The translations under genes and the position numbers were made by a program. The notes beneath the pieces were generated by a model that did no database searches, was not told the DNA's origin, and worked only from the letters and a program-made list of their open reading frames with translations. This document shows, piece after piece, positions 8,972 to 16,657 of a stretch of DNA of 20,000 nucleotides; positions within the stretch are counted from its first letter, which is position 1; each line of letters opens with the position of its first letter. The DNA comes from an uncultured virus (IMG/VR IMGVR_UViG_3300001580_000018) (taxonomy: Duplodnaviria; Heunggongvirae; Uroviricota; Caudoviricetes), in the IMG/VR virus record IMGVR_UViG_3300001580_000018, positions 54,352-74,351 of that record; one strand, 5' to 3'.

Positions 8972-10041
8972 TCTGCGATATACTCCACGGACAAGTCAGT
9001 GAGTTCGGGATAAAATGGCAAGCTCAACACACGTCGGGCCAACGCTGAGGACTTGCTAAGGATATCTGGGCCGGGCCATTGCCGATAGATATCGATCTCA
9101 TGCAAAGGTTGTGCATAATGTACCCGTGTGTCAATACCGCGCACTGAGAGATTCTTCTGTAAATCATCACGACGATCCGCATCAATCACGAACTTATGAT
9201 ATCCGTGATCGTGATAGTTATCACGGTTAATCAAGCAGCGAACGGCACTCCCGCGGAAGCGGTCTCTCCAGTAAGTCGCGATATCTGCTCTGCGTTTTTG
9301 CCATGAATCTATGTAACGGCTCTTGACCAACATCAGCGCACAGTCGAGTTCGCTCATGCGACTGTTAGTTCCAATATCGTGATTGGTGGGTTTGCCATTG
9401 TTCTTCCAACTCTTGGCCCAACGGTACAATGTAGAGTCATTGGTCACAACAGCACCACCGTTGCCGTAGCAGGCGAGATTCTTCATGGGATCGAAACTGA
9501 TAGCTGCGGCACGCCCTAGCCGATGACAATCAGCGGCCAACCAATGCTGTGCTGCATCTTCTATGATGATTCGATCATTCATGGTCCAGTTTCGCCAGGT
9601 CTTGACATCGCCGAGATGCGTGATGGCAGCACCGTAGAGTCCTACCAATACCACGGCATGGAACTCTACTTCCGGGATCTGTTGCATATCAAACAAGCCA
9701 CAGTAATCTACATCAATGAACTGTATATCCCAACCTGCTCGCATAAACGCATTGGCAGTGGCCTGATAGGTCAGGGTGGGCATCAGCACACGTGGATTTA
9801 GGGATTCTATTTCTTGACGATAATATTCGGCGATAGCCTCTAATGCGTGTGTGCCAGAATGCACAGTTACAGCGTACTTGACACCGTTCTTCTTGGCCAG
9901 CCAGTTTTCGAACTCGGCGGTCTGATTGCCGTCCATGAGCTGCCCACTACGCAATACCTCATCGGTGGCATCTAAGATCTCCTGCCGGAGATTGTTATAC
10001 TGCTTTTTTAGACCAGTAAACGGAATGCTTAAGCCATTCAT
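8938..10041 (-). CDS. DegT/DnrJ/EryC1/StrS family PLP-dependent sugar aminotransferase
   Basis: SGT.AL, IIEDAAQ, SFDPMKNL (PLP lysine), GNGGAVVT, G.NSRMSE and LSLPFYP motifs. Confidence 0.95.
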   Translation of the reverse strand: MNGLSIPFTGLKKQYNNLRQEILDATDEVLRSGQLMDGNQTAEFENWLAKKNGVKYAVTVHSGTHALEAIAEYYRQEIESLNPRVLMPTLTYQATANAFMRAGWDIQFIDVDYCGLFDMQQIPEVEFHAVVLVGLYGAAITHLGDVKTWRNWTMNDRIIIEDAAQHWLAADCHRLGRAAAISFDPMKNLACYGNGGAVVTNDSTLYRWAKSWKNNGKPTNHDIGTNSRMSELDCALMLVKSRYIDSWQKRRADIATYWRDRFRGSAVRCLINRDNYHDHGYHKFVIDADRRDDLQKNLSVRGIDTRVHYAQPLHEIDIYRQWPGPDILSKSSALARRVLSLPFYPELTDLSVEYIADQVLECVKSVG

Positions 10042-10978
10042 AGTAACGCTGGAATCCTTCTTCGATGTCTACTCGGGGATCAAATCCAAAGTCTCGTCGT
10101 GCAGCGTCAATATTGAGCGCACCTCTGCTGGGAAAATCTGCGTCTTTGTCCCGCACTTCTACTAACCCTTGACCTACGATTTTTACAGCCAAGTTGGCAG
10201 CATCTAGCAGGCTCCACGAATGACTTTTAGTGATGTTGTAAGTGTGATTATTGGCCCGATCATTAAGCGCAGCAGCCACGATACCATCGGCGGCATCTTC
10301 CACATAGGTAAAATCTAAAGTTTCAGTGGCGCCATTGACCTTGAGGGTACCACCGCGCATGGCAGTGAGCAAGAACTTAGAGATCACACGATCTTCTACA
10401 TCGAGTTCACCGTAAACAGCACTGGGTCGGATGATCACATGATCAAAAAATCCACGTCGGGTATAATCACGCACCAACCACTCGCCGGCTAGTTTCATGA
10501 TACCGTATTGACCTTGCGGGCGGCATTCTGCATCTTCAGTGACATCATCGGTGAAATCCCCATAGACCATGCTGGAACTGGCGTACAAAAACTTGCAGAC
10601 GTTATGCTTGCTGCTGGCTTCTAAGAGATTCAATAACCCTTCGCTCATAGCACGACTGCCTAGCTGCGGATTAGCATTGACTACTTTCTGTCGGGGGAAG
10701 CTGGCGAGGTGGATCACAGTGTCGGGTTGATATTCACGCATCAACCAGTCAATCCCATCCTGACTTGAGATATCAAAACGATGTGTTCGAGATTCTATTT
10801 CGGGAATCTTTTTCATGCGTTCCGATATAAGATAGTCTAACTCATCTTGTGGAACTAATCCGTAATTAGTGCGGGTGTCCGTGATTGACACTTCGTGGCC
10901 TTGGTCCAGCAATTTCCGAACTACATTGTGCCCGATCAGACCCAATCCACCCGTCACTAATATCTTTCTATTTTCCAT
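9995..10978 (-). CDS. NAD-dependent nucleotide-sugar epimerase/dehydratase (extended SDR)
   Basis: ILVTGGLGLIG Rossmann motif, ASSSMVYG, YGIMK (YxxxK) and DFTYVED. Confidence 0.95.
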   Translation of the reverse strand: MENRKILVTGGLGLIGHNVVRKLLDQGHEVSITDTRTNYGLVPQDELDYLISERMKKIPEIESRTHRFDISSQDGIDWLMREYQPDTVIHLASFPRQKVVNANPQLGSRAMSEGLLNLLEASSKHNVCKFLYASSSMVYGDFTDDVTEDAECRPQGQYGIMKLAGEWLVRDYTRRGFFDHVIIRPSAVYGELDVEDRVISKFLLTAMRGGTLKVNGATETLDFTYVEDAADGIVAAALNDRANNHTYNITKSHSWSLLDAANLAVKIVGQGLVEVRDKDADFPSRGALNIDAARRDFGFDPRVDIEEGFQRYYEWLKHSVYWSKKAV

Positions 10979-11207
10979 ATTTCAACAAATACTCTGTTAG
11001 ATGTGGACCTTCTGCGATCTCTCCACGTATACTCACACGATATCCGAATGTGTTGTGATCGGCACTGGTATAATATCGTAGATCTTCTGCATGCTCCATG
11101 ACCCATCGACCGGCATCGGTCTGTTGCCAGCGCCAGATGGGGTCAGCTACATAGATGTCGACATCATCAACATCGCCCATGGTAAAACTATGGAACTCAA
11201 TGATCAT
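10968..11207 (-). CDS. Hypothetical protein (79 aa)
   Basis: ATG with AAGG upstream and a promoter just upstream. It overlaps the epimerase start and ends in YLLKYGK. Confidence 0.75.
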   Translation of the reverse strand: MIIEFHSFTMGDVDDVDIYVADPIWRWQQTDAGRWVMEHAEDLRYYTSADHNTFGYRVSIRGEIAEGPHLTEYLLKYGK

Positions 11208-11213
11208 GCCTTT

Positions 11214-11242
11214 ATTGTAGCAGATCTATTCGTCGGATGCAA
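11214..11242 (-). promoter_or_regulatory. Sigma70-type promoter for the 79-aa gene/epimerase/DegT operon
   Basis: Minus strand TTGCAT, 17 nt, TACAAT, with an extended -10 TG. Confidence 0.55.
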
Positions 11243-11900
11243 CAAATTCCGATGACATCGGGAACACAGCAGCAATCACTTCGGCACAAGCTCTGGCGAT
11301 TTCTCTGTGTTCTTTTTGAGTGCCATTACCCGATCGCAATTCGATAAAATGACACCAAGATCTCAAGGTGCCATTCATATATAACCGGCTTTCTGTAAGC
11401 CCTTCGGGTAATACAGCACGAGCCTGCTCTTTGGCTATGCCGTTTTTTCTAGCCCATTCATAGGCATCACGCACAGCGAACAACACACGCTTCTGCGCAC
11501 GTTCCCATTCGATCTGAAGAAGATCGTCCTGGATCTCTATGCTGTTCTGTCGATTTTTTTCGTCCTGTAGCCTTGCTTCTCTAAGAACGAAATTGAGTTC
11601 TTGAGTAGGGTCAGCGTATCGTTGACTAAACTCTTGGAAGGAGAAGCTGCGATGTCGTAGGATCTGTCTTGCGATGTCTCGGGTAGTTGAGATTTCAACG
11701 CAGGCTGAAACCATTTCAAGGGGGCTCCAGTGTTGGTGCCGTACCAAGTATCTGATGAGCCGGTCTGACGTCTCGGTGTTGAATTGATTTGAGGGATTGG
11801 ACACACGGGCGCAATACGCAATGAGTTCCTGCGCATCTGAGATGCCCAAGTCTCGAAACTCACCAGTGGGCTGGGAATACGATACAAGGCGAACATCCAT
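11226..11900 (-). CDS. thyX: Flavin-dependent thymidylate synthase
   Basis: ThyX signature RHRSFSFQEFSQRY, plus ARVS, H.SPLE, EQARAVLP and Q.EHR. Confidence 0.97.
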   Translation of the reverse strand: MDVRLVSYSQPTGEFRDLGISDAQELIAYCARVSNPSNQFNTETSDRLIRYLVRHQHWSPLEMVSACVEISTTRDIARQILRHRSFSFQEFSQRYADPTQELNFVLREARLQDEKNRQNSIEIQDDLLQIEWERAQKRVLFAVRDAYEWARKNGIAKEQARAVLPEGLTESRLYMNGTLRSWCHFIELRSGNGTQKEHREIARACAEVIAAVFPMSSEFVASDE

Positions 11901-12202
11901 TACATGCCTTTCAATAATTTATCAGTTTCGGGTTGTATGATATCAGCAACAGCTTCTACATCTAGCACCAGTTCCATGTGCAATATATTGTCTTCGTTTT
12001 CCGCGATAAAGTTTGTGACAGCAGCTTCAATGCTTTCATCATCGATGCCCTGTTTACGCAGATTACGCAGATTGATAGACTTCTGTCGCCGATCTCGTGT
12101 TTTGAAAACTACTTTTTTGACGCAATTGATGGGGCAGTGGTCTTTGTCAACATCATTGACGATCTGCTCCCATCTTGCTAGGAAGTCGTCATCAAGCTGC
12201 AT
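11900..12202 (-). CDS. Hypothetical protein (about 100 aa)
   Basis: Likely start is ATG 12202 (MQLDDDF...). Its TAA overlaps the thyX ATG (TAATG). Confidence 0.75.
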   Translation of the reverse strand: MQLDDDFLARWEQIVNDVDKDHCPINCVKKVVFKTRDRRQKSINLRNLRKQGIDDESIEAAVTNFIAENEDNILHMELVLDVEAVADIIQPETDKLLKGM

Positions 12203-12902
12203 CTGCGGCTCGAACCTTCTTGGGCCGGCCAGATTTGGCCTTGGTTTCAGGTTTTGCACCGCTGATTGCGGCCGCTTCTTTCATGAGACGCTCACTTTCG
12301 GCCAAGAGACTCTTGGCTTCGGCGGCCATCCTTGCGGCTTGTGTTTGTAAATTTGCTGCGATCGATGCATCATCTAATGCACCGTTCTGTGGAGCCTGCA
12401 TAGATCGACGTGCTGCATCACTGCCAGCAACATATTCACCTCGAGCGAACTCACTAGGGGCTCCTACTTCGCGACCAAAATCGTCCTTTTGACGTACTTT
12501 GCCAGTCATACCTGCATTGGCATCTAAGTCAGCTAATTGTTTGACAGCATCTTCGCCTAATTTCATCTTGCGGATGATCCCATTCATCTCTGCGAGATTC
12601 ACATGGCTAGTGGCATTGGGTGTGACTACCACTGTCTTGGCTTGCACTTTTTTGATCATACCTTCTACGTGCAAGGTTTGCAACATAGGGCGACCATCTG
12701 GTAATAGGCTACGGAATAGCGCATCACCAAGATTTTCTGCTTGTTGGCCAATGTCAGACTCGATGACTTTCATGATCGAATCGTGCATGCTGACAGGCAA
12801 GACTTCGGGATAAATCACCAGGGCCATATGCTCTTCGCCTGGCACTTCACGGAATACTATAGCGACCTTGCGATCACCTTGTTTTCCAATATGTTTAATC
12901 AT
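12192..12902 (-). CDS. Hypothetical phage protein (236 aa) with Ala-rich coiled-coil and basic tail
   Basis: AAGGAG RBS and ATGA overlap with the upstream gene. Confidence 0.85.
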   Translation of the reverse strand: MIKHIGKQGDRKVAIVFREVPGEEHMALVIYPEVLPVSMHDSIMKVIESDIGQQAENLGDALFRSLLPDGRPMLQTLHVEGMIKKVQAKTVVVTPNATSHVNLAEMNGIIRKMKLGEDAVKQLADLDANAGMTGKVRQKDDFGREVGAPSEFARGEYVAGSDAARRSMQAPQNGALDDASIAANLQTQAARMAAEAKSLLAESERLMKEAAAISGAKPETKAKSGRPKKVRAADAA

Positions 12903-13102
12903 TTTGTTTCTCCTTGAGATTGTGCCTCAGTCTGGGCTTCGGCTTGTTGAACCAACGAATCTAGGAATGCACTGAGACGATCATATGTCTCTCCTACGGT
13001 TTTTAATTCCGGGGCCTGCCAAGCGCCACGAGAACTTGCTAGTTCGATAAGTTTTTTGATCACAGCTAAATCAGTGATCGACAGTTGAGGGGTATTATCC
13101 AT
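12899..13102 (-). CDS. Hypothetical protein (67 aa)
   Basis: Translationally coupled to the next gene. A TTAAATA late-promoter-like motif lies just upstream (13108-13114). Confidence 0.75.
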   Translation of the reverse strand: MDNTPQLSITDLAVIKKLIELASSRGAWQAPELKTVGETYDRLSAFLDSLVQQAEAQTEAQSQGETK

Positions 13103-13120
13103 GCAGATATTTAAGTCAAG

Positions 13121-13155
13121 AAAAAACCCTGAAAATATAAATCTTCAGGGTTTTT
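13121..13155. terminator. Bidirectional rho-independent terminator
   Basis: Inverted repeat AAAAACCCTGAA-10 nt-TTCAGGGTTTTT with A/T tracts on both sides. Confidence 0.75.
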
Positions 13156-13171
13156 GGTGATTTTGGAGAAA

Positions 13172-13246
13172 TTACTTACGCATCCACAAGACAAATATCG
13201 CCCCTAGCACAAATATCAGCAAGGTGTAGAGTGCAAAAGCGATCAT
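13172..13246 (-). CDS. Small membrane peptide MIAFALYTLLIFVLGAIFVLWMRK (24 aa; not in the ORF track)
   Basis: ATGA overlap with the VWA gene stop, GGAG RBS, one hydrophobic helix with a basic C-terminus, and a terminator downstream. Confidence 0.65.
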   Translation of the reverse strand: MIAFALYTLLIFVLGAIFVLWMRK

Positions 13247-14532
13247 TGATCATCTCCGTACTCGGCCCAGATACCAAATGGTGGATCTGGGCTCTTGTTG
13301 CCATGGATGATCCACACCGTGTCGCAGTAGTTGGGATCGCCCCAGCTACCAAACGGGTAACCGTCCGTGAACACCACCAGTTTTTTGGGATCGATGTCTG
13401 CGGCTTTCATGTATTCGAAAATAGCTTCGAAATCAGTACCACCACCACCTTGCACATCGTAGTCTTCGATGGACTCTAAATTATCGCTGGTGTAGACTTG
13501 TGGGTTGTAGCACTGGGTATCAAACGTGAACACATGGATCTTGTAGCTGTCAAAGGCTTCCATGATACCACGGATTTCTCCTAGGAAGTCGCGGGCCTGT
13601 TTGTCCGAGATCGAACCCGACGTGTCGATGGCCACTGCGATATCAATAGCATCTGTGGTCTTCATGCCCGGCATCACAGCATCCACGTGCCAGCCCTTGC
13701 GGCTAGAGCGCAACCAAGTGTAGTCACTCTTGATAGTTGACTCTAACTGCATGCGGAGCAGTTCGCGCCAGTTCATCTTGGGCTCAGTGAGCTGTTGGAT
13801 CAGTCGCTTGACACCTGCGGGCAAGTTACCAGCATCGCAAGTCTGAGCGGCACTGAGCATGGCTTCCTTGATCTCGTCGCGGATCTTGTCCCGCTCACTT
13901 TGACTGAGTTTGGGACGACCACGACGCCCATTACCTTCGCCGTCATCTTCACCGCCACCACCACCTTCGCCATCGTCACCGTCCATGTGCTCGTCTAACA
14001 TACGGTCGATCAAATCATCGATGGAGATCTTTTCAGCGTTCTCGTACAGGTAGTCATAGATCTCTTCTGAACTCTTGCCTTCGAACTTGGTATCGTATAA
14101 GCAAGGCACCGACGTAATGAACTCGCCCACGCGGTGTTTCTTCAAGTCGCCGTTGACAGCATAGTCATTGGCGATGTTCCATAACTGTGGATCACGGGTA
14201 CCACGGCGTCCAAAGTGATCATACACACAATGCAAGACCTCGTGGCCAAACAAGAACTCGATCTCACGCGGCTTCAACATCTTGATGAATCGGGTGTTGT
14301 AATAAAAGTTCCGACCATCCGTGGCGGCAGTACTGCACCACTCATCGGCATTGACCAGTTTGAGTCGGGTGGCCAGGTTGCCGAAAAAACTAGCACGGAG
14401 CAACATGCCCACACGGGCAGTGACCAATTGCTCGCGCACTTCACGGTCCAGTTTGGGATCTGTGGGTCCAATAAGGTTGGCGAACTTTTTAGCGTCGTCT
14501 TTGTTTTGGGTGCTGGTAGCAGTATTAGACAT
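13243..14532 (-). CDS. HExxH metallopeptidase-like plus VWA domain protein (DUF2201-type)
   Basis: TAATDG, HEVLH, WNIA.D, acidic/Gly linker, MIDAS DTSGS, GGGTDF and FTDG. AAGGAG RBS. Confidence 0.9.
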   Translation of the reverse strand: MSNTATSTQNKDDAKKFANLIGPTDPKLDREVREQLVTARVGMLLRASFFGNLATRLKLVNADEWCSTAATDGRNFYYNTRFIKMLKPREIEFLFGHEVLHCVYDHFGRRGTRDPQLWNIANDYAVNGDLKKHRVGEFITSVPCLYDTKFEGKSSEEIYDYLYENAEKISIDDLIDRMLDEHMDGDDGEGGGGGEDDGEGNGRRGRPKLSQSERDKIRDEIKEAMLSAAQTCDAGNLPAGVKRLIQQLTEPKMNWRELLRMQLESTIKSDYTWLRSSRKGWHVDAVMPGMKTTDAIDIAVAIDTSGSISDKQARDFLGEIRGIMEAFDSYKIHVFTFDTQCYNPQVYTSDNLESIEDYDVQGGGGTDFEAIFEYMKAADIDPKKLVVFTDGYPFGSWGDPNYCDTVWIIHGNKSPDPPFGIWAEYGDDQ

Positions 14533-14560
14533 ATTGGTGCGCTCCTTGATTATATCTTAT

Positions 14561-14589
14561 ATTATAGCAAAATGGTTATTTCTGGTCAA
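14561..14589 (-). promoter_or_regulatory. Sigma70-type (phage early) promoter
   Basis: Minus strand TTGACC, 17 nt, TATAAT with TG extension, upstream of the VWA gene RBS. Confidence 0.8.
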
Positions 14590-14956
14590 CCGGGTATTTT
14601 AGCGTAAAAAGCGTGAGTTCTTGCTGGCTTTTCACGTAGATACGCAGATCGTCGTAGCCATTGGTCCAACTCCAGTGTGGGTTACAATGCTCTGGAAGTT
14701 CTGGCAAAATTCCAGATGAAAGTCGAACGCTAGAGAACTGGCTCATCACTCGTTGGGACGCTGTGGTCCAGTTTATCATGTTATCATATTGGCGGGCTTC
14801 GGCACTCCAACCATATGTCTCCGAAAACCATTTTACCGCATCATTGAAGTTTAGAGGGCCATGCTCCACGGCCATACGATTGGAGAACTTGATACAGTAT
14901 TCAAACAAGTCTCTGTAAGTGTAGCGCCCGTCGAGTCGGATAATTTCGTATTTCAT
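14576..14956 (-). CDS. Hypothetical protein (126 aa)
   Basis: ATGA overlap with the upstream ORF. Ends in [13 protein letters not shown]. Confidence 0.8.
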   Translation of the reverse strand: MKYEIIRLDGRYTYRDLFEYCIKFSNRMAVEHGPLNFNDAVKWFSETYGWSAEARQYDNMINWTTASQRVMSQFSSVRLSSGILPELPEHCNPHWSWTNGYDDLRIYVKSQQELTLFTLKYPVDQK

Positions 14957-15201
14957 CTCAAGTATTTAAGACTGAACAAGGTAGCATCGTGCGGGTCTGC
15001 AAAACGGAAATCGATGATCCAGACATTCTGCTCATTGTCCCCAGTTTCGGCTGTTTCACAATCCCACCGACGGCTGTTTTTATCTAGTCCGGGCATGCCA
15101 AACTCCCGGTAGACTCGTTGCAGGAGTCGTTGAACGTCACTATGGCTGTAGGGACGGAATTCGATGCGGACTTGGGTGGGAGGAAAGGTCGGGTCCGACA
15201 T
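14953..15201 (-). CDS. Hypothetical protein (about 82 aa)
   Basis: Likely start is ATG 15201 (MSDPTF...). Ends in [10 protein letters not shown]. Confidence 0.7.
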   Translation of the reverse strand: MSDPTFPPTQVRIEFRPYSHSDVQRLLQRVYREFGMPGLDKNSRRWDCETAETGDNEQNVWIIDFRFADPHDATLFSLKYLR

Positions 15202-15246
15202 AGCCCTATGTCTTTGCTCGCGCAGTGGACCCAACCCTGTTGACTC

Positions 15247-16338
15247 TTAGGAGTTGGCAGCCAGAATATACTTGCCGTATTTCTGGTGGAACTCGTCAAA
15301 GTTCTTGAGCTTAGTAGGCTGGAACGGGAGGTTGTATGTGGTCAACGCAATCCGCGCACCCATCACTACCAGCTCAGTCTCGAAGTTCTTCATCATGTAA
15401 GCGAAGAAGTTATCAGCCATTGAGTGGAACTCTTTGTCTGTGACCTTGCGGACCTCTAGAGCATCTTTGAGCTCATAGCACAGGCTGATCACCAGGCTAT
15501 ACATGGCCGACACTTCTTTGACTTGCAGGTCCTTTTCTTTGCCACTCAAGACATCCTCAGCTCGGGGTAGTTTACCCGCGATTTTGCGGTGAGCTTGGAA
15601 CTTCACCGCTAGCCCTTCGCCGATGGTACCAGCGATCAAGTCTGTGGCAGTGACATCGTCAAGGTCCTCGTCTTCCAATAATTCGCTCACGAATGTCCAT
15701 GACCGCGGCGTGGCAAACGCACGGCTGGAACTCTTGGCATCAAAGTCGTAGAGGTCCTGCTTGGCGAAACTCAAGTAACCCACCACGTCCTTGTGGACGC
15801 CTTTCTTTACAGCCCAATCTTGCCATGCGGCAAAGTCGGGACGCATCTCTACGTGGACGAAACGATTGGCCAGCGGAGTGGGCATGCGATATGTCACACC
15901 TTTGTCACTCTCACGGTTACCTGCCGCGATCATCACTACATTGTCGGGCATGACATACTTGCCAATGCGTCGGTTCAACACCAACTGATAGGCCGCAGCC
16001 TGCACAGCCGGAGCCGCGGAGTTCATCTCGTCCATGAACAGCACGATCACGGGATACTGGCTGGCCAGTTCCTCGTCGGGCAAGTCGATGGGTGGTGCCC
16101 AGTCCATCTTGCCTGCTTCTTTGTTGAAGAACGGGATACCACGGATGTCTGTGGGATCCATCTGGCCCAGACGCAAGTCGATCATGAAACCGCCAAGTTC
16201 TTGGGTGATGTCTGCTACCACTTCGGATTTACCGATTCCGGGAGGACCCCAAAGGAACATGGGGCGTTTCTTTTTAAAACACTTCTGGATGGCTTTGCGG
16301 GCACCAGTGGAAGTTACGGTACGGTGTTCTACTGACAT
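15247..16338 (-). CDS. AAA+ ATPase, MoxR/dynein-related (AAA_5-like)
   Basis: Walker A GPPGIGKS, Walker B LFMDE, AAGNR, LANRF and TPRSW. AAGGA RBS. Confidence 0.93.
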   Translation of the reverse strand: MSVEHRTVTSTGARKAIQKCFKKKRPMFLWGPPGIGKSEVVADITQELGGFMIDLRLGQMDPTDIRGIPFFNKEAGKMDWAPPIDLPDEELASQYPVIVLFMDEMNSAAPAVQAAAYQLVLNRRIGKYVMPDNVVMIAAGNRESDKGVTYRMPTPLANRFVHVEMRPDFAAWQDWAVKKGVHKDVVGYLSFAKQDLYDFDAKSSSRAFATPRSWTFVSELLEDEDLDDVTATDLIAGTIGEGLAVKFQAHRKIAGKLPRAEDVLSGKEKDLQVKEVSAMYSLVISLCYELKDALEVRKVTDKEFHSMADNFFAYMMKNFETELVVMGARIALTTYNLPFQPTKLKNFDEFHQKYGKYILAANS

Positions 16339-16376
16339 AGGGCTATTCCTTTCGGTTGTTTACTTACTGTTCTACT

Positions 16377-16405
16377 ATTATAAGAAATCTGGGTTTATTG
16401 GTCAA
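16377..16405 (-). promoter_or_regulatory. Sigma70-type (phage early) promoter
   Basis: Minus strand TTGACC, 17 nt, TATAAT, upstream of the AAA gene. Confidence 0.8.
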
Positions 16406-16578
16406 CCTATGCTGGCAGCGTCGACGGGCACATCGGCTAGGACCACTGATACCTGATAGGCTTTGCGAGCACCAAAGATCTCCGCGGCGCGGATCTGGGC
16501 TTGGTAAGAACTCTGTGCTTCAATTTGGATGGTGCGCCCACGGTAGTAGGCTTGATAGGTACGATTACCGATTTCCAT
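16402..16578 (-). CDS. Hypothetical small phage protein (58 aa)
   Basis: AGGAG RBS at 16586-16590, ATG at 16578 (MEIGNRTYQAYY...), and its own promoter. Confidence 0.75.
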   Translation of the reverse strand: MEIGNRTYQAYYRGRTIQIEAQSSYQAQIRAAEIFGARKAYQVSVVLADVPVDAASIG

Positions 16579-16608
16579 AGTAGGGCTCCTTGGATTTACT
16601 ATACCCAT

Positions 16609-16637
16609 ATTGTAGCACGATGGGAATTATTGGTCAA
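16609..16637 (-). promoter_or_regulatory. Sigma70-type (phage early) promoter
   Basis: Minus strand TTGACC, 17 nt, TACAAT with TG extension. Confidence 0.75.
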
Positions 16638-16657
16638 CCACCCTAAAACACGGGGAT

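Noticed and set aside
11226..11900. Thymidylate synthase homolog acting as a dCMP hydroxymethylase for the carbamoyltransferase
   Set aside because: This is a canonical flavin-dependent ThyX. Known dCMP hydroxymethylases have the ThyA fold.
13936..13985. Short repeats (ccttcgcc..catc, ccacca runs)
   Set aside because: They only encode the Gly/Asp/Glu linker of the VWA protein.
15185..15238. Hammerhead ribozyme (three-way junction containing CTG, AAA and GTC)
   Set aside because: The conserved CUGANGA and GAAA core is absent.
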